Positions 10,597-18,792 of a stretch of 32,000 nucleotides of DNA are shown here, piece after piece (the first letter of the stretch is position 1; each line of letters opens with the position of its first letter). Source of the stretch: Mycobacterium leprae TN (GTDB lineage Bacteria > Actinomycetota > Actinomycetes > Mycobacteriales > Mycobacteriaceae); NCBI RefSeq assembly GCF_000195855.1, contig NC_002677.1, forward strand, positions 870,001 through 902,000, in the 5' to 3' direction. Position numbers and translations under genes: made by a program. The notes below the pieces were generated by a model that did not search any database, was not told the origin of the DNA, and saw nothing but the letters and a program-made list of their open reading frames with translations.

Positions 10597-11694
10597 AATT
10601 GGCGATTTGTGCGTCGGACAAATTGGCCACCGGCTCCGGTAGCGGCTGAGAGTGAACCTGGTTGGTCCAGGAAAGGGGTGCTGTTACTGTTGGTCACCGT
10701 CCAGTGCAGGAATCCCTACAACGTCTGTGCTATGGCGGTATTTTTTATCTGCTGTTGACGCTGGCGTACTAGTAGTTGACGAACAGGTGCCTGGGGTAGC
10801 GGTCGGCCCGTCGATCAGGTGAATAACCTTGCTGCGCCGGGGTGTGCGAGGCGAAGCTGGCTGTGGCAGCCTGAATACTTTGGGCGTCGAACAGCAGTTA
10901 GTTACAGGAGACATTGCCCGATTGGCTCTCGCACCGCCCCTTCTAGTTGGTGTGGTCGAGGAAGTCGATGCCGCCTGTAGGCGACGCAGCTGGTAACTAT
11001 GCCACCGTTGCTGTTTTGCCCAGTGTGCCCGGAACGATGGGGAAGTCGGCGGTCGTGCCGAAGCCAGGCGACTTATCCCCCAGCCGTCGGGGTCTTGCTT
11101 GGCAAGATAATGGGTGAACAAATGAACCAATAAGGTGTTATCGGACCCGTCGGAAAGGTGCAGTGGAACGACAGTGGTTCCCGGCAGGTTCACACCCGGG
11201 TTGAGAGCGGTGATTTGCGGGTCGTTCCAAGTTTTGATCGTGCCCTGGTGGCTGCTGCGCCAGCACCTTGCCATTCAGTTTGAGGTGCTCGTTGATGCCG
11301 GACAGATTGTAGTTGATTCGCTGAGCGGAGGTGGCTAACGCGATGTTCATCAATCTTGTGTGCGTTGCTATGTCGCCCTACGGTGGGGTACGCGTCGGAG
11401 ACGCCGATGTCGACCGTCCCGGCAGCGGCTTGCGCGATCCCGGTACCCTGGGTGGTGATCGTGACGTTTGGGTATTTACTTCGTAGTAGGTATGAACCCC
11501 ATAGATTGAACAGGGGGTTAATCAGTGTGCTTCCGGTCTTTGACAACGTGACCTTCGACGTCGCCGTCGCGGTGGTGACTTTTACCGCCGGCTCCGATAC
11601 TGGATGAACCACTTGTTGAGTTCGAACCGCAGCTGCCACCAAAAGACCAGCAGCACAGCAGCCAACTACGTACGCAAACGGATCATCACACAAT
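10597..11694 (-). pseudogene. pstS1: pstS1 pseudogene (periplasmic phosphate-binding lipoprotein, 38-kDa antigen / PhoS1 type)
   Basis: Fragments GSTLINPLFNLWGSYL..YPNVTITTQGTGIAQAAAGTVDIGVSDAY; MNIALATSAQRINYNLSGINEHLKLNGKVLA; GTIKTWNDPQITALNPGVNLPGTTVVPLHLSDGSDNTLL; LSDAQIAN* at 10597; in three frames. Confidence 0.92.
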
Positions 11695-11774
11695 TGACTT
11701 TTCTATTGTCGGTCCATTCCGGGTTTCTGCCATTTGCTTCTGTGGTCCCGATTTGCCTTTATCTGGTACCGAGG

Positions 11775-12590
11775 AGCCTGCGGTCGCTGAATAGCCCGGA
11801 GATGTACCAGAACGTTTCGGCATGTTTGGGTTACAGGAACAGTTGTTCGGTGGGTCCTTACGCGATCAGTCTGACGTAGAAAATGATGCCGTACGGTGAC
11901 CAATTTGAGTGGTCTGACTTTGATCATGGGTCACCATGATCAAAGTCAGACCGGTTGGCCAGTGACCGAATGGGCTACTCGATCTTTTCGGTCATGGTCG
12001 GGTCCAGCGAAGAAGTGGGCTTTTCAAGCAACACCACTTCCGGCCCCACCGCAAGTGCACGGACCGGACACAACAACTGCTGCTGACCGCCGGAAAGCCG
12101 GAACGGCGAATCACCTAGCTGCTCCTTGACCGCATCCCAGAGCCCCACTTCGGCCAGTCGAGCTTAAGTAATGCTTATGAATTTTTGCGCGACACCATCT
12201 TTTGTTAGCGTGCACGTTGGCAACCATGTTGTCCATGATCGACTTGGGAAACGGATTGGGACGCTGGAACGGCATGCCGACTAGGCTGCGAAACTCCAAC
12301 AGGTCGCCGCTGTTGAAGATGTTTTGTCCGCCTAGCAGGACGTCATCGCTGTACCGGTATCCAGATACCTTTGTCATTCATTCGCTTCAGAGTGCGTAGC
12401 ACAGTTGTCTTCCCTGAGCCGGTCGGCTCCAGCAAGGACGTAACCGCGCGGGAGGGAAAATCCAGGCTCACTTAGTCGAGCACGGTTTTGGCGGCGAAAT
12501 TCAACGTTAGATTCACCGCAGCCATGACAAGTGGAGCAGCATTAGTTTTCGGGGTACCGATTTGGGTGCCGAGCTGTTCAGGACTCATCA
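11775..12590 (-). pseudogene. pstB: pstB pseudogene (phosphate ABC transporter ATPase)
   Basis: [50 protein letters not shown] (Walker A); GLWDAVKEQLGDSPFRLSGGQQQLLCPVRALAVGPEVVLLEKPTSSLDPTMTEKIE*; LTLIMVTHDQSQTTQIG; *GPTEQLFL*PKHAETFWYISGLFSD. Several in-frame stops. Confidence 0.93.
11911..11952. repeat. Perfect 19-bp inverted repeat with 4-nt loop
   Basis: ggtctgactttgatcatgg-gtca-ccatgatcaaagtcagacc, within the 3' part of the pstB pseudogene. Confidence 0.95.
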
Positions 12591-12883
12591 ACATCCCACC
12601 AAAACCACTTCGAGACCCCACGCAAGTTGTCATGCGGGGCTATCTTCTATGTATCCTTAAGGGTTCCGATCAGTATTTGCTTATCTACGTTGCTGCGGCT
12701 AAATTCTTTTAGATTCCCCAAGAAAGCTTCAAAAGCGCCTCTAATCCTGCTTCCAACTGGCAAGGCGTGTATATCCATAGGTCCGTGTGTTTGTCGCCAA
12801 ACCAGCGTGCGGCGAGAGCATTCCAGGGGGTTTCACGGTGGCGGAATGAGTGCGTTTGTCTTCTGACTCGTGAAAGGAGTTCC

Positions 12884-13985
12884 GCGAAGTTCACCTGCTC
12901 TGGCGCTGCGCTGCGTCTGTTGGCCGCCACCGTGCTGGTGTTATCAGCGTGGCGGGGGCAACATCGCCAACACCTCGTCATCTGGATCCTGCACCCCGTC
13001 GGTGCCGGTGCACTGCGGCGGCATGAAAGCAGCTTAAGGACGCCGGCTCGTCCGCCCAAGAGAACGCTATGGAACAATTTCCCTATTTTATATCTGGGCG
13101 TTCCTGGGCTGCACGTTGGACTACAACAACGCAAACGGCTCCGGCAGTGGGGTTACGGAGTGCATCAATAGCGAAACCGATATGGCGGGGTCTGACGTGC
13201 CGTTCGATCCATTGATAGGTAAACCCCAGATCGCGGCGGCGCGCTGCGGTTTGCCGGCGTGGGACCTGCCGACGGTGTTTGGCCCGAGCGCGGTCATCTA
13301 TCACATTAACGGCGTAACTTCGTTGAAGATAGACGGGCCCGCCACGGCAAAGATCTCCAATGGCACCTTCACCACGTGGAACGACCCGGCGATCACCGCG
13401 CTCAACGGGGCACCCCGCTCCCGTCTGATACCTAGCCACGTCATCTTCCGCACCGACAAGTTCGGAACCACATATAATTTACCTCGATTCCGCATCCAAT
13501 GGTCCGTGAGGCAAGGGGGTCGGCGAGACGTTCAATGGGGGTGCCGGCGCAGCGGGGAACAGTAGCACGTCGGCGGCCCCTGCAGAGCATCGACGGGTCG
13601 ATCGCCTACACCGGATGATCGTTTGCGGTAGGCAAGCAGTTGGATATGGCCCAGATCATCACGTCAGAGGGTCCGGATCCGATCTCGATTACTATCGACT
13701 CCGTCGGCAAGACCGTTGCACGGGCCAGGATCCTGGGGCAGGGTGATGACTTGGTGTTTGAACACGTAATCCGTTCTACGAGCCAGCGCGGTATAGTGCG
13801 TACCTGATTACGCCGGCGATCTGTGAGATCTTCTACTTGAAGTATCTGGATTTGGCCACCGGCACTGCGGTGAAAGTGTTTATTTAGTTACCAATTTGGT
13901 ATGGATTAGACTCTATAATAGGGCGATTCCATTGCCGAGTTCGTTCCAATCTAACCTGGCGGCAGCGGTGAATGCTATCGCATAA
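12884..13985 (+). pseudogene. pstS2: pstS2 pseudogene (second phosphate-binding lipoprotein)
   Basis: AKFTCSGAALRLLAATVLVLSA signal-like N-terminus; GSGSGVTECINSETDMAGSDVPFDPLIGKPQIAAARCGLPAWDLPTVFGP..VIYHINGVTSLKIDGPATAKISNGTFTTWNDPAITALN..SHVIFRTDKFGTT; ends IPLPSSFQSNLAAAVNAIA* (13983-13985). Confidence 0.93.
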
Positions 13986-14220
13986 CTCCCGTGCCCGGGC
14001 GAGATTCTTTGACGTGCCGGACATCGGCCATCGCCACCAATTCCTCAGGGCTCTAGTGGCTTTGGATGGTTCTTCGACGACACCCAGAGGACACCTCGTG
14101 TTGCGCAGTTTGTTCCTGTGTCCCGGTGACTATGGATTTACCTTGTGGTATAATCGTTTTCGATGTGGGAGGCTAAGGAAGGGCGTCGGGATTGGTGGCC
14201 AATTGAGGGGAGCACCGACG

Positions 14221-15777
14221 GTGAGTGAAACTATTTCGCGGGTAAGGTCGCTGTCTATGCAGAAGAGAACACACGCACGCGCCGGGTGGTGGCATTGAAG
14301 CTGGTTTCAGCTTAATATTTAAGCGATTCGGAGTTTTGCGCGTAGATGCGGTGCGAGGCTGACATGGGTGGGGTTTTTTACTGGGCTGCACTCCTGCCTA
14401 TCCATGACTAAGGTGATCAACACGCAGTTCTATGTGGAGATGCGTCTCATCGACAGCGTTTCGCTGCGTACCGCGTTGTCACAGTAAGGCTTGTTAAGCC
14501 CGGCACGTACGGGTGGCCTATCGTGTCCCAAGTCGCGGTTGCGCTGGAGGCCTCATACGCGACGGTGTCATACACCGCGACGTCAAACCGGGAAACATCA
14601 TGGTAGGTCAGCAAGGACTTCGCTTATTTGGTGGATTTCGGGATCGCGCGCTGTTTCTGACCCAGAGCGGGACTGAGATTGGTACCTACAACTATGTGGC
14701 CCTGGAGTGGTTCACCGGCAACGGGCTTACCGGCCGTGCTGATATCTAGATGCTGGTTTGCGTGTTGGGCGAGTGTTTGGTCGGGGCGTTGCTTTATTGT
14801 GCCGAAACTGTCCAAAGGATGGTTGCTCCGCATCTGCTCGAGTCTGCACCGTGGCCCGGCAGACTGCGACCGGGAATGGTTCCAGCGACGTTCGACGACA
14901 TGATTACTAAAGGCGTGGCCGAAAACTCCGTAAAACGCTACACTACTGTCGGGTATCTAGGACGAAGTCCGCCAGCTAGCCGTTGACTGCCCCCCGGGCA
15001 GCAGGAAGCCACAATTCTTCAGCACGGAGACAACGCGGCCATGTTGGGCAATGCCGGCTGGGCCCATTACCCAGGCCCTAGCACTGCTCCAAGGTCAATG
15101 GTGTCATCAGAGCGGTTGCCCGGCGAGGCGACTGTGGCTCGTTCGGCAACCACCGACATTGGCGCTGGCAGCTGGCGTCCACCTGGGCCGCCGTGCTCCG
15201 TCAGTCCTGTTGACCCACCAAGTTTAGTCAACCACCCGTCGTGCCCGTACCAGGCTTGAATCCCGGTGTTGCAAAAGCACGCGGTGGATCTTTGCCGGCG
15301 CTGTTGTGCTCGTGCTAGTTGCCGCCATCTGTGCAACACGCAGGTCCTGAGATCGCGCCTCTAGTCGCGCAGTCTGGGCAGGAAATCGGGCAAACCGGTG
15401 CTGTAGTGCAATGGCATCGACTTTCGACTGTCTTCAAGCGGGGGTTGACGTCAGAAAAAACGGCGACGTGTGTATGTCACCAGTGAAGGCATGCATAGGT
15501 GGGTGGTGGAGTTGGTTCCGGAGTCCAGTACCCCAACGGTGTTGCCGTTTTCGCTTCTCTATCAGCCTTAGACACTGGCGGTGGACGTCGCCCACAAGCG
15601 AATTTATGTCACCGACACCGAGCACAACCGGGTGTTGGATACTCAACGTCGCGACAAACACCCAGACCATGCTGCCACTGAGCGGCCTCAACACCCCCTT
15701 GGTAGTCGCGGTGGACAAAACGGGAGTTCTGTGTCGCCGACCGCGACAACGACCAGGTCGTCAAATTGACTCCCTAA
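14221..15777 (+). pseudogene. pknD: pknD pseudogene (Ser/Thr protein kinase with NHL beta-propeller sensor)
   Basis: Start-like VSETISRVRS; NTQFYVEMRLIDSVSLRTAL; GVIHRDVKPGNIMVG; TQSGTEIGTYNYVALEWFTGN..GRADI*MLVCVLGECLVGALLY; extracellular propeller remnants TMLPLSGLNTPLVVAVDKTG..DRDNDQVVKLTP*. Confidence 0.92.
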
Positions 15778-15782
15778 CTCTA

Positions 15783-16984
15783 CTAATCGCTGTGTGGTCC
15801 AGTTAGAGGCACGTCGTTGTGCTGGCCAGCAACCCGATGGTGGATTTAGTGACCGCGGCGTTGAAGCTGGAGTAGCGGGCCGGTGTGTGGATCACTTGTG
15901 ATGGCTCCAATCTGCGGCTACCGCTGCCGACGTGCAGGGCGGGGTCGTTCTCTGCGAACAACGGAGTGTCGACGACTTGTTTCCATGTGTGGGCTAGGTG
16001 GGCTATCAGACCGCCCTGCTGAGGCAACTCAACCCACTCGACGGTTACCTTGGTGGTCAGGGTCGTCTGAAGTTCGTTGGCCAACTCAGCGTAGTTGACC
16101 GCCCTCGTGCGTTGGTCGCTGAATCGCTTGTCGTCAACGATATCGGTTTGACTGATGGTGCTACACAACTTTTTCCAGTGTTTAGGAACATACACGCTGA
16201 TTACGACCTACCTATCGAAGGACAGGAAGGCGTCCGACGGTTGGGTGTAAAATCTAAATATTTGCTCTGCTTAATTTTTGGATCATTACCAGAAGCTGGC
16301 TTGGCGGTTATCTGGGTGTCGTCCGCATTGTTTAGATGCATTGTTAGCTGTTTGGTTTGTAGGACTACCGCGACGTTGTACATCGCGACTCGCGACGATG
16401 TCCGAAAACTCGTGGCGCTCGCGGTTGAGCAGCGCCGACAGCGCTGCCTGGGCCAGCACGTGACCGCTGGCGTTGTCGACGAGTTGGAACAGGATGATCT
16501 GCGGTTTGCTGTCCGGTGTGGGCATCCCGGTGGGGATGCTGGCCTCGGCGGTGAGCATAATATCGACGCCTGGTCGGTTTCCATGTGGACCGTTGCCACT
16601 GAACACCGTTAAGTGCGCGTAGATCAGCTTGGGATTGCGTTACCGCAAGTCGTTGATTTCCAAGACTATTCGCTCTATAGCCCCAGAGAGAAACCTCCTA
16701 GAACGAGTCGGTAGTGTCGGTGAGCTGCGGTATCTGTTGTCTGGCCTCGTCGTTGGTCAGGGCGACAGTTACTGATTTATTGCTACGGTCGTTGGGAAGA
16801 AAATATGTCGTCAGCGGTGGGTGTCCGGGAAGGACTAGGGGATCTGGTGGGCTGCCTCATTACTGGTTGTTTCAATCTTGCTGGCCTCGGCGTCTAGATC
16901 GGTCAGCACCTGTCCAGCTACGTTTTGGGTGAAATCGAGTACCCAAAAGCTGTAAAGTGGTTTGGCAGCGTTGCTATTTGGCGT
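15783..16984 (-). pseudogene. Class III CoA-transferase (CaiB/BaiF family) pseudogene, Rv3272-like
   Basis: PNSNAAKPLYSFWVLDFTQNVAG; HPPLTTYFLPNDRSNKSVTVALTNDEARQQ; GNGPHGNRPGVDIMLTAEASIPTGMPTPDSKPQIILFQLVDNASGHVLAQAALSALLNRER; YVPKHWKKLC...GLIAHLAHTWKQVVDTPLFAEND; spread over three frames with in-frame stops. Confidence 0.92.
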
Positions 16985-17079
16985 GGACGGATGACCCTTA
17001 ACCAGGTCTCTGGCCGGCTGTCTCTAGTGTGTGGCTTCCCCGGTGTAGCAACGCGATTCAGTAGTTTTTTGTCGGAAAC

Positions 17080-17965
17080 GGCTGGCCCTGGCCTCTCTTT
17101 TGTCGGTGGAACCGGTAATTCGTTGTCGACCAAAAACTGTTCTAACCGCGTACCCATCACGTTCCAGCCGTGCATGTCGAGGTGGGTTGTGACGTCGTGG
17201 CATTCGCCTAGATAGGCGAGGTTGTCGTCGAGTACGACGGCAAGACCGTGCTCATATAATTTATTCGCGGCTTCCAAAGCATGTATGGCCTCTGGGGCGT
17301 CGAGGGACGTCTCTGTTATCAGTCGACTACCGTAGGTGCTGAGTTCGGTGATGTTGTCCAGCAAGCTATCCTGGTCCTGCGAGGGAAGAAACACGAGTAG
17401 GCTTTTGGCGAGCCACGCAGTGGGGCGCTCCGGGTCAAGATCGGCCTGGCACAGCGCCAACGGCCAAGCGTGGCGGAGGTCGATTGGTGCCGCTCGAAAG
17501 TTGGTTGTCGGCCTAGCGCCGAGGGCGGCTAACGTGGAGATATTGAATTTGATGACTTGCAGTTGGTCGATCTCGAATACCATCATTTCCGTCGACGAAG
17601 GAAGTCGATAGCTGCGGGCATCGAGGTCAGCAGTCAAATGACCACCTGGCGGGTGCCCGGTTCCTCGGAAAACACCGCTTCGGCCAGAAATATGTCGATG
17701 TAACGAGTACGCACCATGAGCACATTGATTATCCGCTGCATGCCCCAGCAGGCGTCGGGGATATGGACCTCAGCGGAGGTGAGTTCGTCGATCGCCCATC
17801 GGGTGAAAAATTTATGCCAAACCTCCCGCACCAGTGATTTTTGTGAACCGGTTGTCGATCCGGGCGTCCCTGGTAGCCCTGGACTCGTCTCGTGGCCACT
17901 ATAGCGGTGGGTAGCACCTACGCTGGTCGTCATGTCCCAGTTGGCGTTGTAGGTGCGCTCCCTTC
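17080..17965 (-). pseudogene. SAM-dependent O-methyltransferase (TIGR00027 / LCMT-like family) pseudogene
   Basis: NWDMTTSVGATH; LVREVWHKFFTRWAIDELTSAE; RTRYIDIFLAEA...GTRQVVI | (L)TADLDARSYRLPSSTEMMVFEIDQLQVIKFNISTLAALGARP..RPTAWLAKSLLVFLPSQDQDSLLDNITELS. Confidence 0.85.
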
Positions 17966-18089
17966 CTAGCGCCGCGCCCTACTCATTAGGAACATTAATC
18001 AATCTACCCGCGGTGGCGGGTCTTTGGCGCAGTGACATGGTCTCTAGCGTGCCTAATTGAGGACGCTTGCCGGGAAACCGGCATTGATG

Positions 18090-18740
18090 CAGGTGACCTC
18101 CCGCATGATAGGCGGTCCCATCGAAATCGGCTGCCCATGTCGATTGGCGACACCTCATACGCGCGATGCTGGATGGTAGCGGAGCGCTCTGGGGCGCGAT
18201 GGTGGGCCTGAGTCAGCCTTGCCGTGTTGCTCATCGAGGGCGTCATTGTGGTGTGGCAGTAGGATCTATCGCATTGACCGGGTGGGCGCTTGGCGGCGGA
18301 TACGAGGGGTTGGCCAGCGCGATGGTGCTCTAGCGTTTCACACTGGCGCTCGCATTGCGTCGGAGACCGCCGGGCGGTGCGCACAACGTGATGTGACGGT
18401 ATCATTTCAACGGATTGTCCCCCGGCATTCCTGCTGATCTATCCGTGACCTGACTGGACAGCATCACGCTGAGACGTCGGTAATTGGCATCGGGTTAACG
18501 GCCTCTTACCTTGGTGTTGATGCCGATTCTCGGTTGAGCCAACCACCAGAGTGGATGCCTGGCTACCTTCGGCGGCCACCGAGGTTAAGGCACGCAGAAT
18601 TACCTATGAGCCGCCGGAGTGCTGATCGGCTTGGCTATCGCCGTCGTGGTGGTGTGTCGGGGCATTCGAGCCTGGCGTGGCCACGACTGTGGCCTTAGGT
18701 ATCGGTTATCGGCGAAATTGCGGCCACGGTTGTGATTGGC
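18090..18740 (+). pseudogene. Cation-diffusion-like integral membrane protein pseudogene (probable Rv3271c-type gene)
   Basis: Plus-strand frame fragments VIGIGLTASYLGVDADSRLSQPP (~18480) and AGVLIGLAIAVVVVCRGIRAWRGHDC (~18620); syntenic position between the Rv3272-like pseudogene and ctpC. Assignment from synteny and weak similarity. Confidence 0.5.
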
Positions 18741-18792
18741 GCGGGAATACAACCTTCATGGTACCTTTGACATCCGATGGGAAGGTTGTCAT

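Noticed and set aside
10684-11274. 196-aa minus ORF taken as a stand-alone protein
   Set aside because: It begins inside the PstS1 sequence (GTIKTWNDPQITALNPG...) and then goes out of frame; part of the pstS1 pseudogene.
11896-12129. 77-aa plus ORF whose start resembles PstB sequence (LTLIMGHHDQSQT)
   Set aside because: The resemblance is caused by the 19-bp palindrome; the true homology is on the minus strand.
16918-17637. 239-aa minus ORF as an intact methyltransferase
   Set aside because: Lacks the N-terminal third, which is present one frame away at 17640-17930, and the last 60 or so residues leave the family pattern; called a pseudogene instead.
9023-18790. A novel multi-gene system or mobile element in the ORF-poor region
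   Set aside because: Nearly all of it resolves into known pst, pknD, CoA-transferase, methyltransferase and transporter remnants; I saw no transposase, CRISPR repeats, RLEP copy or tRNA.
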